Under the pieces are notes generated by a model. The model had not been told where the DNA came from and searched no databases. It saw only the letters and a program-made list of their open reading frames with translations. A DNA stretch of 50,437 nucleotides, from the IMG/VR virus record IMGVR_UViG_3300044259_000059, positions 1 to 50,437 of that record; one strand, written 5' to 3'. This stretch comes from a virus (Duplodnaviria; Caudoviricetes). Shown piece by piece: positions 9,675 to 18,625 of this stretch (its first letter is position 1; every line of letters begins with the position of its first letter). The translations under genes were made by a program, and so were the position numbers.

Positions 9675-10237
9675 AATAAATGTTTAATGTCCTTCCCCGG
9701 ATCGGCGGACCATGGACGGTAAGAGTGAAAAACATATAATCCAAGCGCCACCCCGATCTGTAGCCCATTGTATTTAGCTGCCGCGCAAAATTTACGATCG
9801 AAATAAATATCGTTCTCCGGCATGCCTAATGCCTCGAGTGTTCCCACCTGCATGAGCATACAAACCGCCGCCACTTCATCAACATCTACGACATGCAATT
9901 TAAAATCCTTCCATCTCTTTTGTGCTATCTCGTAATGTTTTTGCATATCCCAACATCCGGACATATTGCCGCCGTGTAATTGCTCTTGAATGTTCAGACG
10001 GTTAGTCATACAGCCAATTATGTGGTAATTATCTCCATGCGCATCAATCAGCTGATGAATTTGCTCTACCCAGTCAGGAGTCAAGAACATCATATCCCCA
10101 TCTCTGATGAGAATCCAATCGGCTGAATTTTTACCGCTTACCTCGTCCATAATAGCGCCGCCGTAGTTTTTCTCTCTGGACGTTGGAGTAACTACCCACA
10201 GTTTTCGGGCGGGTTTAGAGCGTGTTACGATCTTCAT
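9671..10237 (-). CDS. GT-A-like glycosyltransferase
   Basis: WILIRDGDMMF DxD motif, IIGCMTNR, FDRKFC, YVFHSYR. Confidence 0.7.
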   Translation of the reverse strand: MKIVTRSKPARKLWVVTPTSREKNYGGAIMDEVSGKNSADWILIRDGDMMFLTPDWVEQIHQLIDAHGDNYHIIGCMTNRLNIQEQLHGGNMSGCWDMQKHYEIAQKRWKDFKLHVVDVDEVAAVCMLMQVGTLEALGMPENDIYFDRKFCAAAKYNGLQIGVALGLYVFHSYRPWSADPGKDIKHLL

Positions 10238-10487
10238 TTTCCATGCGTTTACGTATGCGTGTCATCTTGTAGTCGTTTATGGAAGCGAGTACAAACGCCA
10301 GTGCTTTTAACACGTAGTTTGTCTTCCAGCCATTAGCAACAGCGAAGTACAGGAATACTGTGTGAATGATCTCTAAACTAATGGGGATTAAAACAAACCA
10401 GAATGAGAGGCCGGCAATTTGATTTTGCAACTTTGCGAATATGAATAGCAGTGTTGCGAACTGGTAAAACGTCAGAGGTTTTAGCAT
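10215..10487 (-). CDS. Small membrane protein; first gene of the glycosyltransferase operon
   Basis: Hydrophobic segments; LLFIFAKL...SFWFVLIP. Confidence 0.65.
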   Translation of the reverse strand: MLKPLTFYQFATLLFIFAKLQNQIAGLSFWFVLIPISLEIIHTVFLYFAVANGWKTNYVLKALAFVLASINDYKMTRIRKRMENEDRNTL

Positions 10488-10519
10488 ATTGTTCTGTTTA
10501 TTTGGTGATCTAATATGTA

Positions 10520-10550
10520 CAAAAGTAATTTAATTCAGGACAAAACCAAA
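10520..10550 (-). promoter_or_regulatory. Bacteroidota sigma70 promoter
   Basis: TACTTTTG at 10520-10527 and TTTG at 10547-10550, 19-nt spacer. Confidence 0.7.
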
Positions 10551-10569
10551 CATTTAATAAAACTTTTTC

Positions 10570-10630
10570 AAAATAAAAGGTCGAACCAGCGACGGCCCGA
10601 CCTTAATCCATATTACCCATTTATCCACAT
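10570..10630 (-). ncRNA. Candidate sRNA A, antisense to tail-tube, capsid and adaptor leaders
   Basis: -7 box TAAATTTG at 10633-10640; terminator stem 10577-10604 plus U tract; 10611-10623 matches the tail-tube leader 36008-36020 over 13 nt. Confidence 0.6.
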
Positions 10631-10637
10631 GCCAAAT

Positions 10638-10760
10638 TTAACGCTTTTCTCTGTTACGGGTAAAGTATATATAAATCAGCGATAGTATGGCTAATAGCTG
10701 CCCTGTAAAAGCGAAAACATAGGCTACCATCATTACCGCCTCTGTGAATTCAACCCTCAT
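10638..10760 (-). CDS. Small single-pass membrane protein, 40 aa (MRVEFTEAV...)
   Basis: Hand translation; hydrophobic core and basic tail; start overlaps the upstream gene end. Confidence 0.5.
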   Translation of the reverse strand: MRVEFTEAVMMVAYVFAFTGQLLAILSLIYIYFTRNREKR

Positions 10761-10998
10761 CTTTACGTGTTAAATTGTAAGAGTCTACCATCTGCTGAAG
10801 CTGTTGCCGGAGACTATCGTCTGTTACCTCTATCCCAAAATCCGCCATCTCTTCTACGGCCTCACTCGCCATCCTCTTCATCAGAATATCTTTAATGCTT
10901 GCTACAGCGTTTAACAATGCGAACGTACTGGCGCCGCCCGTGTGTATCTCGAAAACCGGAGGGTTTTGATTGAAATCTATGGTTATTGTCGCTTCCAT
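10750..10998 (-). CDS. Hypothetical protein
   Basis: ORF in operon. Confidence 0.6.
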   Translation of the reverse strand: MEATITIDFNQNPPVFEIHTGGASTFALLNAVASIKDILMKRMASEAVEEMADFGIEVTDDSLRQQLQQMVDSYNLTRKDEG

Positions 10999-11011
10999 AC
11001 GCGGTAAGTGT

Positions 11012-11203
11012 TTAAGGTTTAGGTAATGTTTTGTAATGTTCCTCGAGGCGGTCTATGAGCTTTCTGTTTGTTACGAGATAGCCGTCTATCCACTCAGCGC
11101 CGCCTTTCATTTCAAGTAATTGATTCGATTCCGGGGTATACCCGTACAGTTTGTCTTCAAACAGGAAGACGAATAGTGTGTATCTGAGTTTTGACTCTGT
11201 CAT
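11012..11203 (-). CDS. Hypothetical protein
   Basis: ORF in operon with A-rich leader. Confidence 0.6.
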   Translation of the reverse strand: MTESKLRYTLFVFLFEDKLYGYTPESNQLLEMKGGAEWIDGYLVTNRKLIDRLEEHYKTLPKP

Positions 11204-11214
11204 CGTTTTTTGTT

Positions 11215-11592
11215 TTAGAATGATATACTATAATTGTGCCCACATGCTTTACACTCATATTCTACTCTACCTCCACCTCCCGGGTATGCCTTATAATCCA
11301 CCACTCGATTAGAAAAATCTCTACACTCTTCACAGATAAAAAGTTCCTTATCTGTTTTATAATCATATGTAAGGCTAAAGGTGCGTCGTGATAAATTACT
11401 GTCGGGCTTATTTTGTACTATATAGCCACGGGTCCATAATTTTATAAAATCTGAATTTATTACCGCCTTATGCTCTCTGACCTTTATTAGTTCCACCTTA
11501 AGGGTAAAAGGGTCTCTTTGCATCCTGTACCCGCAATTCATCAGCTCAATTGCTTGTATCATTCCCTTTGTAAGCGTTAATCTCTTCTTCAT
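11215..11592 (-). CDS. Hypothetical protein with C-terminal zinc ribbon
   Basis: CEEC...CKAC; start uncertain. Confidence 0.6.
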   Translation of the reverse strand: MKKRLTLTKGMIQAIELMNCGYRMQRDPFTLKVELIKVREHKAVINSDFIKLWTRGYIVQNKPDSNLSRRTFSLTYDYKTDKELFICEECRDFSNRVVDYKAYPGGGGRVEYECKACGHNYSISF

Positions 11593-11860
11593 ATCCGAAC
11601 ATTGGCACCTGATGACCCGGAGCCGGGGTTTTCTTGTTAGTAATTTCCGCAAAGTGTGTACATTGACCGGTAACCTCGCTTGTCCATGTTCTTCGCTGCC
11701 AGCTGTATACGCCCGGGTTTATCTTAAATAACTCTTGCCTGATCTTTGCGAAGCTACACTCAGGATGGTTTTTAATATGCTCACAAATTGTCTTCCAGAT
11801 AATCGGCGCGTAATGCTGGCGCCATGTCTTACTGTTGTCCTCTTTTCTTCCTTTTGACAT
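11546..11860 (-). CDS. Hypothetical protein
   Basis: ORF in operon. Confidence 0.55.
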   Translation of the reverse strand: MSKGRKEDNSKTWRQHYAPIIWKTICEHIKNHPECSFAKIRQELFKINPGVYSWQRRTWTSEVTGQCTHFAEITNKKTPAPGHQVPMFGYEEEINAYKGNDTSN

Positions 11861-12149
11861 CGATACCGTTATTTAAGTAATCAACGAATAGAGTCTCTAT
11901 AAATGCATCTCTGAAGATGCGGAGCGGTCCGGACTTATAACACACGATCAAATACCAGTCGCAGGCGTTTTGCTTGGTGATAATGAAGCGTAACCCGGAG
12001 AACTGTTTGTTAACATTGCGTTGTATCTCGATTAGCTTCTTTTTCATATCCCTTTTGATGTAAAGCGCCTCATCATACGGAAGGATTGCAACCTCACTTT
12101 TCACATTCAATACCTTCTCTATTGCTGTCTGATAAAAGTTGATGTTCAT
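11829..12149 (-). CDS. Hypothetical protein
   Basis: ORF in operon. Confidence 0.55.
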   Translation of the reverse strand: MNINFYQTAIEKVLNVKSEVAILPYDEALYIKRDMKKKLIEIQRNVNKQFSGLRFIITKQNACDWYLIVCYKSGPLRIFRDAFIETLFVDYLNNGIDVKRKKRGQQ

Positions 12150-12516
12150 CGTCAGGAGTGTTTAATCGTTTGTGTTTCCAAATAAATCCGTTAAGCTCTG
12201 CCAGTTCCTCGAGCGTTAAGTTATCGTACACATTAAAAGCATTGAAGAACTGACGAGCCTCCTTTATGTACCGTTCTCGCTCGATGTGGTTATAGTAGTC
12301 CGTCATCGTCTCCCAAATCTTATACATCGGTGCGTAGTTTCTCGACCAGTGTTTTAGGTTCTTAATTTCAAACCGGAGGTAACCAATATCGAAATACTTC
12401 TTCCCTACCTTGGTTACCGCTCCCGGGAAAGGCTTTTCGTAGCCTCCCCGATGCGATATAGTTGATATAAAGAAGATGTGGCCGGGAATTATTTTTTTAG
12501 TAGTCTGCTGGCTCAT
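12094..12516 (-). CDS. Hypothetical protein (VTKVGKKYF, SH3-like beta domain)
   Basis: Start MSQQTT inferred from overlap pattern. Confidence 0.55.
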   Translation of the reverse strand: MSQQTTKKIIPGHIFFISTISHRGGYEKPFPGAVTKVGKKYFDIGYLRFEIKNLKHWSRNYAPMYKIWETMTDYYNHIERERYIKEARQFFNAFNVYDNLTLEELAELNGFIWKHKRLNTPDDEHQLLSDSNREGIECEK

Positions 12517-12805
12517 GAAAATAGAATTTGCGAGCGTCGTGCTCATTTTTAGTGTGAATTTTAACTTCATGCCCCACAATCGGACCCGCGTAGTGTTCTG
12601 GTACTCCGCTACCCGCTTTCCACGCCTTCAGTGCGTTTGTAAAGTTCTCGCAGAACCGGAACAGGCACAGGCTAAAGAAATTTAGTTTCCTCCTGTAGCT
12701 TTCTGCCTGTGTGATCTCAACCGCTGCAACTTCCCGTACGTTTTCGTGTTGCAAACTCCCTGCCTCCGCCTCTATGATCTCAATCGTAATCCTAACCTTA
12801 ACCAT
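12497..12805 (-). CDS. Hypothetical protein (MVKVRI start)
   Basis: ATG 11 nt after the SSB stop. Confidence 0.55.
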   Translation of the reverse strand: MVKVRITIEIIEAEAGSLQHENVREVAAVEITQAESYRRKLNFFSLCLFRFCENFTNALKAWKAGSGVPEHYAGPIVGHEVKIHTKNEHDARKFYFHEPADY

Positions 12806-12816
12806 GTGTGTAAGTT

Positions 12817-13230
12817 TTAAAATGGTAAATCGTCTACCTGTGGACCCATTGCGCCGCTGTCTGGTACTTGGCTCTTGACCTGATCCCTGTAGGAATCCTG
12901 AATAGTGTACGGCTTTTCTTCTACAGGTGGAGGCGTATAACTGGACGTTCCAGCGCCTACGGCTGATACCTTCCACCCGTTAATATTTGTGTTGTAGAAT
13001 TCACGGCCATTAGAGACTGTTTTACGCCCTTTTATCTCAGCTTGGATGCTTACTATGTCTCCTACTTTGTATGCGTCTAATTGCGTTCCTTTGCCGTTTA
13101 GAAAGGCAATCTCCATAACAGTTCCATATTGGCCCTCTTCCTCGATGCGGCATTTTCTAATTTCCAACATGCCGTGTATCTCGCTTGGTCCTAAAAAAGT
13201 TAAACGTCCTGTAATTGTAGTCTTTGCCAT
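12817..13230 (-). CDS. DUF3127-type single-stranded DNA-binding protein
   Basis: OB-fold pattern ITGRL...KVGDIVSI...KGR...NGWKV and acidic DDLPF tail. Confidence 0.8.
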   Translation of the reverse strand: MAKTTITGRLTFLGPSEIHGMLEIRKCRIEEEGQYGTVMEIAFLNGKGTQLDAYKVGDIVSIQAEIKGRKTVSNGREFYNTNINGWKVSAVGAGTSSYTPPPVEEKPYTIQDSYRDQVKSQVPDSGAMGPQVDDLPF

Positions 13231-13652
13231 TATTTGATTTTGTAGTGTCGCTTTAAACGACTGTTAATAAATTCTACGTCTAAAAATCCGTTGTCGATCA
13301 TTTCCAGAACCGTTGCCGCCGCCGCTTGCGCTCCATTCGGATAAACTTTTGCTCCGGCTGGTAGGTTAGCGAAAAACCTTGTATCCTCTGGCATAATCTC
13401 GCCTTTCTTCCCCTTCCTGTCTCTCGCGTTGATGTCGTAAACGATGTCGATTAACCCGGTATATACTTTTTGTCCGATCATAACCCGCAACTCTTCCAGC
13501 GTCCATGCCGGTATTTCGCAAAATTCAGGGCTGTTAATAATGATCTCGTCCTTGCACCATCCTAAAACGCTAATAGGTTCAACCCCACACATCAAAATAT
13601 CTAAACACTGTTGTTTGGTGGCAACGATAGCCGTTGCATTTAAATTTATCAT
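13230..13652 (-). CDS. Hypothetical protein
   Basis: IPAWTLEEL motif; coupled start/stop. Confidence 0.65.
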   Translation of the reverse strand: MINLNATAIVATKQQCLDILMCGVEPISVLGWCKDEIIINSPEFCEIPAWTLEELRVMIGQKVYTGLIDIVYDINARDRKGKKGEIMPEDTRFFANLPAGAKVYPNGAQAAAATVLEMIDNGFLDVEFINSRLKRHYKIK

Positions 13653-13861
13653 ACCTCCGGTTTTTCAAGGAACGGATAAAATTCGTTGTTCAGCTGGTTC
13701 AGCTTCTCAAAAATTCGTTCGCTGATAATTGCGGGCATCGACTTGTTACCCGGGTTGTTTCTGTATTCGTCAACGGAAATGAATATTTGCTTCTTTGCTT
13801 TGTTGCCGATGACATCAGTCACCGTTATTTCAACTGTAACACTACGCTCCTGTGCTTTCAT
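13649..13861 (-). CDS. Hypothetical protein
   Basis: ATGA-coupled to the downstream gene. Confidence 0.55.
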   Translation of the reverse strand: MKAQERSVTVEITVTDVIGNKAKKQIFISVDEYRNNPGNKSMPAIISERIFEKLNQLNNEFYPFLEKPEV

Positions 13862-14105
13862 TTATTTGCTTTTTAAGATCATATAATCGGTTGTATGCCG
13901 CCTTAAATGGCTCAGACAGCGGAACCGTATTGTTTAAAATTGTGATCTGAACATCTACAAACTTTTTAACGTCTGTATACGTTTGGTATTTATTTGGTTT
14001 AAACGGTGACTGAGGAAGAGTAATTACCTCCATAGATGTCACCATTCTTGCGGCCTTCTCTTTTGCCTTCTGTTGTAGCTGGCTCAGTGGGTGCGTTTCG
14101 TTCAT
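13842..14105 (-). CDS. Hypothetical protein
   Basis: ORF in operon. Confidence 0.55.
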   Translation of the reverse strand: MNETHPLSQLQQKAKEKAARMVTSMEVITLPQSPFKPNKYQTYTDVKKFVDVQITILNNTVPLSEPFKAAYNRLYDLKKQINESTGA

Positions 14106-14607
14106 TCAGTTCAATTGATTTTTCTAACATATTAACCATCTCCATATGAGTGAAGAAAACATCGTCAGTGCTTTTAAACTTTCTTATTTTTTTTCGATCT
14201 ACCCCCAGTTCAATCAGCCTTTTTATTGAATGAATAAGATAGTTTTTTGATTGTTTCAACTCGAACCGCTCACCATCATAATACGCGTTTCCTCTGTTAT
14301 TTATAGTTATTTCCTTGCTACTCTGGTGAGCCATGCCAATTGTTCCATATAACAACTTCCTTTCGCATTTCGCATCGAAGAACAGGTTAAAAGCGGCACT
14401 ATACAAATGTTCCATACCAGTTAGAGTAAACCTGTCAGGCTCACGATTAATTGCATCGCTTATAGCCTTGCCGACATATATTTTCCCGCCTCCTGAGTTT
14501 AAAATGATATTTATTACATCCCCGTCGCATAATGAATTAACGAGAGAGTAAAAGTCTTTTAAAAGCTCAGGACTCAAAGAGCCGTCGATCGCAAAGTATT
14601 TGTTCAT
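13999..14607 (-). CDS. ClpP-like serine protease
   Basis: INIILNSGGG, YSAA (Ser), MAHQ (His), DDVFFT (Asp region). Confidence 0.75.
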   Translation of the reverse strand: MNKYFAIDGSLSPELLKDFYSLVNSLCDGDVINIILNSGGGKIYVGKAISDAINREPDRFTLTGMEHLYSAAFNLFFDAKCERKLLYGTIGMAHQSSKEITINNRGNAYYDGERFELKQSKNYLIHSIKRLIELGVDRKKIRKFKSTDDVFFTHMEMVNMLEKSIELNERNAPTEPATTEGKREGRKNGDIYGGNYSSSVTV

Positions 14608-15035
14608 AAACTCAAATAGTTTAAAGCCTTTGAAAGCCTGTTGTGAGGTAATTCATGTTTGAAAATTGTAAACCTTTGTAATGCTATCCGATAAACGGCC
14701 ATTTTCTCGCGGTCCTGAGCGTTGCCGTCATCCCATTTATGATGACAGTCCGGGCAAAGGAACATCCTGTTATATGGATGTGTTGCCACTTCAGGGAATC
14801 CGTAATCCTCGCGTTTAGGTATTATGTGTGCAACCAGTGTGCGGGGATTGGGAAAAAGGAACTGTGATAATCCGGTGTTACAATTTTCGCAATTGCGTGG
14901 ACACATTGAGAGCTGAAGTTCGAACCACTTTGTTAACTCGTCCTTCTGCGCTTTCTTACTGTCTGCCTTTGCTTTCTTTGTCTTAGTTCCGTTTATCTTT
15001 TGTTGTTGTCGTTGTTGCCAGTATGGTACGCTCAT
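14604..15035 (-). CDS. HNH-type endonuclease with zinc fingers
   Basis: CENC...AHIIPKR...FLCPDCHHKWD; ATGA-coupled start. Confidence 0.7.
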   Translation of the reverse strand: MSVPYWQQRQQQKINGTKTKKAKADSKKAQKDELTKWFELQLSMCPRNCENCNTGLSQFLFPNPRTLVAHIIPKREDYGFPEVATHPYNRMFLCPDCHHKWDDGNAQDREKMAVYRIALQRFTIFKHELPHNRLSKALNYLSL

Positions 15036-15787
15036 AGTGAAAAGAATCCTTTTAAAATGTTCTTTGTGTGAGTTAAGGTGTCTTTTTGTCCGATCATCCA
15101 CTTTGCATACCCAAAATGTTTTGTCCTGTCTAATACTTCGTTTTGATGTTTACCATATCTCCAAACCATTTCTCCGTTATCATTTAACACTATTTTGCCG
15201 GCAACATCAACGCGGCGCTTTTCTATACAAAAGTTTTGCAGATCGCTTGCGTCCATCCCTGCGAGATCAGGGTATTTACTAAGCATCCCCGCCAGTACTT
15301 TCCCATTGATGTCTACATCACGACCGGCGTCATGACCATCGGTGAAGTCTAAACCACAGTAGAACATCGCGGCCGCTTTCAGGTCTCGCGGTTCCTTCTT
15401 TTGAAATATCTTCAGCGTATCAATGATTTTAGTATCCAGACGAGGCCATGAAATACCGCATCGGCTGAACTCTTCAGATAAAAGCGGGATGTCGAAATCT
15501 GCAATGTTATGCCCTACAACGTCAAGCCCTTCTAATAGATTATAGATACTACGCGCATACTGCGAGAATGGGGGCTTGTCTATCACCATCTCATTGCTAA
15601 TGCCGTGAATCTCTGTAGTTTCGGCCGGGATCGGGATAGTTGGATTTATTAACTTGACGTTAGCCGGGTGAGTCGGGATACCATCAGGAGAAAATCGGGC
15701 TATCGCGATCTGACAAACGCGGTCTATTGCAACGTTTGTTCCGGTCGTTTCTACGTCTAATACTGCATAAGGTCGAGTCAGTGACAT
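15032..15787 (-). CDS. DEDDh 3'-5' exonuclease (DnaQ-like)
   Basis: LDVETTG, GHNIADFD, HDAGRD Exo I-III motifs. Confidence 0.9.
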   Translation of the reverse strand: MSLTRPYAVLDVETTGTNVAIDRVCQIAIARFSPDGIPTHPANVKLINPTIPIPAETTEIHGISNEMVIDKPPFSQYARSIYNLLEGLDVVGHNIADFDIPLLSEEFSRCGISWPRLDTKIIDTLKIFQKKEPRDLKAAAMFYCGLDFTDGHDAGRDVDINGKVLAGMLSKYPDLAGMDASDLQNFCIEKRRVDVAGKIVLNDNGEMVWRYGKHQNEVLDRTKHFGYAKWMIGQKDTLTHTKNILKGFFSL

Positions 15788-15854
15788 TTGAATTTAATTT
15801 TGGGTGATGTCTCCGACATGAACGCCGGAGACACCCGGTAAGTAAAAAGAGTGC

Positions 15855-16556
15855 TTAGTCTTGTTCGAGGTCGAAATCCTGACCCTCTATATTATCGAAA
15901 TTAATTTCCCCCCCCTCGATGTCTTGCAGTTTTTCTTCCTGTTCAACATCTGTAATTTCTTCCTCTGGTTCCTTGTAGTTGTCAGGCTCACCGACAAGGG
16001 CCTCGCCCGGTTCGGTCTCTACTGCATCTTCGAAAGGCAAATCCTCTATAACAGGCTGACCGATTAGAGCGGAATTCTCTGTAACCTCCACTTCAACATT
16101 TTCTCCAAATACCGCCGCTTCCGCGAGTTGTTGGGCTTCGTCATGTGCAAACAGATTACCCTGAGTAACCTTTTCCTCTGGCAAGATCGGACGGCTTTTA
16201 ATCATATCGCCGTAACGATCGTAGAAATAAACGCGACCTTCTTCCTGATCCACAATTCCACTGAGTAGCCCTTCTTCCTCGCGCTTTCCTGTTTCAATCT
16301 CCTTCATCCATCCGGAAGCCTTGTTTTGCAAGTCTTTTATCTTTGACTTGTATCCATCGTTCGCGACCTTCTGTTGCTCCTTCAGTCGTTCGATAGCGAT
16401 GTCTGCGTTACACTTATCCTCTCTTATCTTAGCGAGGGTATTATCGTCCAGCTCCCGGCTGTACTTAGCGAGATGTTCATGAACTGTCGCGACATTTTTA
16501 AGAGCCTTTTCCCTTTCAAGGACTCCCATCTCTGGATAAATTTTACTACGATCCAT
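15855..16556 (-). CDS. Hypothetical coiled-coil protein with acidic tail
   Basis: Long ORF, A-rich leader. Confidence 0.7.
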   Translation of the reverse strand: MDRSKIYPEMGVLEREKALKNVATVHEHLAKYSRELDDNTLAKIREDKCNADIAIERLKEQQKVANDGYKSKIKDLQNKASGWMKEIETGKREEEGLLSGIVDQEEGRVYFYDRYGDMIKSRPILPEEKVTQGNLFAHDEAQQLAEAAVFGENVEVEVTENSALIGQPVIEDLPFEDAVETEPGEALVGEPDNYKEPEEEITDVEQEEKLQDIEGGEINFDNIEGQDFDLEQD

Positions 16557-16581
16557 TTTGTGTTTTTAGGTGATGAAAAAA

Positions 16582-16947
16582 TTACTGCATCATTTCGTTT
16601 GCTATGTCTGTCGCTTCTTTTAATTGCTGAGACTCTAGCGTTTGGCTGTCTGCGATCTTTTGCGCTTCATCCTGAATTGCAAGTGCGGCGATCATAATTA
16701 CCTCGTACAGGTCTTGATTTTTGAAAGCTGCATTTTTCAAGTTCAGGGCGAGTGCGAATTTATCCCCAAACACTCCACAAAGGAATTTAAATTTCCCATC
16801 TGGATTTTCAGGGTCTGGCGCTTCACTGAAGGCAGAGAACTGCAATACGCCGTCCTTACCGCCTCCCTGAAACTTATCAAACTTGTTCCCTAATACTTCC
16901 AGCTGAACGGCTGCGAGCTGGTAGTTTTTGTTGTCTTTGTAATTCAT
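16582..16947 (-). CDS. Hypothetical protein
   Basis: ATGA-coupled. Confidence 0.65.
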   Translation of the reverse strand: MNYKDNKNYQLAAVQLEVLGNKFDKFQGGGKDGVLQFSAFSEAPDPENPDGKFKFLCGVFGDKFALALNLKNAAFKNQDLYEVIMIAALAIQDEAQKIADSQTLESQQLKEATDIANEMMQ

Positions 16948-18074
16948 ATTTTTTTTCTGTATTTAGCAAGTTGTTCATTAACGGCGTTAATGTTTTTTTG
17001 AATATAATTTCTAATTGTCTCCACGGCTTTAAAATACCCAGTACCCGGAGTAAATTGCGGAACGGGAACAGCTAAAAGCTGTTTAAGATATTCAAGCATT
17101 AGCGTTGACCCTGAAGACCTCATTTGAATCTGTGTTGTTTCACTAGTTGCTTTATTGACGAATGGAACAACCACCTCTACAGGCTTAGGGCCGGGGATAG
17201 GTGCAGGCGCCTCTGTGGTTTTATTTGCCTGTGCTTTCTGGTCCGCAATCTTCTGCATAAATTCCGCATCCTCGAGCGTCTTAACCTCTTCCAGTGTTAC
17301 CGTTAAACGAGTATAGGCAAGAGTCCAGCCATGTACTGATGACTGATAGCCAGAAAGCGTAAGCACTTGCGCTCTCATTGATATACGGCTATCTTCCAGC
17401 TTTTTTACTCGTTCCCTTTCGGCTGTCTTTGCGTCCTCTATCTTCTTTATCGCCTCTTTACCCAAATCACACAGGGATGAAAATTGAATAACATTCAAGG
17501 TGCCCAATAAATCGTAAGTAGTTTGAACGTCTGGACCTGCCTGCCAGTACTCTCCGGAGAAAGTAAATCCAATTAGTTTAAGAGTCTCGAGTCGATCGTC
17601 TTTCATCGCTTTAAGCTCACGGAATACACGGAGGTTTTCATCCTCTTGGAGCTTATCGATCCTTTTAACCTCATCCTCCAAAGGCTTAATTACATCAACG
17701 AGTAAAGCGGTAAGCTCTTTTGCCTCTGTGTCAATCATATTGCCGGCATCAATAATTGGACGTTTCATGTCCTTTCTCTGATTCTCGATGGTAGTCCTCA
17801 TTTTGTTTAACGCCTTTGCGTATGACGCTACCGCCTTATAACCTTCTTTGTCCTGTAGTCCGGCAATTACCAATCCCTTGTACTCTTCCTTGTACTTTGC
17901 GATCGCATCGCGAGATGTTGCAAATGAAATTTGTCCGGGAGTTTTCGGCACAGCGATGTATGGGAGGGTTTCATTCGCTTCAGCCTGTTGGTTCATTTCG
18001 GTTTCGATCTCTTCCATGTTTAACATGTCAGCATCTAATTGCGCCTGAATTGTTTTGTAGTCTACGTTTTCCAT
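16944..18074 (-). CDS. Coiled-coil protein, DUF1351-like
   Basis: YKGLVI...ALNKMRTTIENQRKDMKRP...IDTEAKEL pattern. Confidence 0.6.
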   Translation of the reverse strand: MENVDYKTIQAQLDADMLNMEEIETEMNQQAEANETLPYIAVPKTPGQISFATSRDAIAKYKEEYKGLVIAGLQDKEGYKAVASYAKALNKMRTTIENQRKDMKRPIIDAGNMIDTEAKELTALLVDVIKPLEDEVKRIDKLQEDENLRVFRELKAMKDDRLETLKLIGFTFSGEYWQAGPDVQTTYDLLGTLNVIQFSSLCDLGKEAIKKIEDAKTAERERVKKLEDSRISMRAQVLTLSGYQSSVHGWTLAYTRLTVTLEEVKTLEDAEFMQKIADQKAQANKTTEAPAPIPGPKPVEVVVPFVNKATSETTQIQMRSSGSTLMLEYLKQLLAVPVPQFTPGTGYFKAVETIRNYIQKNINAVNEQLAKYRKKI

Positions 18075-18108
18075 GACTTACGTTTTTATTTGGTGTGATT
18101 TGATATTG

Positions 18109-18116
18109 CAAACATA
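18109..18116 (-). promoter_or_regulatory. -7 promoter element (TATGTTTG)
   Basis: TAnnTTTG in an AT-rich gap with upstream TTG/TTTG. Confidence 0.6.
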
Positions 18117-18157
18117 GTGAGAAAACAAATACAAAACACAACTTTATTAAAATATTT

Positions 18158-18625
18158 TTAATTTTTTTTGTAGGTGCGTAAAACCTCTTTGATGTAAATC
18201 CCATACAATACGGCTAATAGCTTCTTTTTAAGCTGGTAAAGCGCATCTTTCCGGGTAAACGTACTCTTTGTGTCTCGTACTTCGTATGTTCCATCGTGTA
18301 GGTAGACAACCGCATCAGCAACGTAGGTGCACATCAAAACGCCGTTTATCTTAATTGGGATGCGAACCTGTCGTTTAATATCGCGGTACATACCGGCTGC
18401 TTTCTCCGCCTTCAGTGTTTCCCAGTAATCCCGTTCCCATGTAGAGGCGAAATACAACCCGCCGTGATAACATCCCCGTGCGCCTTTCTTATTCGCTTTT
18501 ACTTTCCGGTTATATTCTGCCTCTTCCTCCGGGGTGGAAGGCCGTTTTAATTTCTCCTTCTTTGGCTTCGGTCCTCCGTGCTGGTCGGAAATTTTCTTTT
18601 TAAAACTTCTGCTAAAATTCGCCAT
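18158..18625 (-). CDS. DUF1064-family PD-(D/E)xK nuclease
   Basis: FASTWE...RQV...YVADAV...VRDTKS...YQLKKKL. Confidence 0.8.
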   Translation of the reverse strand: MANFSRSFKKKISDQHGGPKPKKEKLKRPSTPEEEAEYNRKVKANKKGARGCYHGGLYFASTWERDYWETLKAEKAAGMYRDIKRQVRIPIKINGVLMCTYVADAVVYLHDGTYEVRDTKSTFTRKDALYQLKKKLLAVLYGIYIKEVLRTYKKN

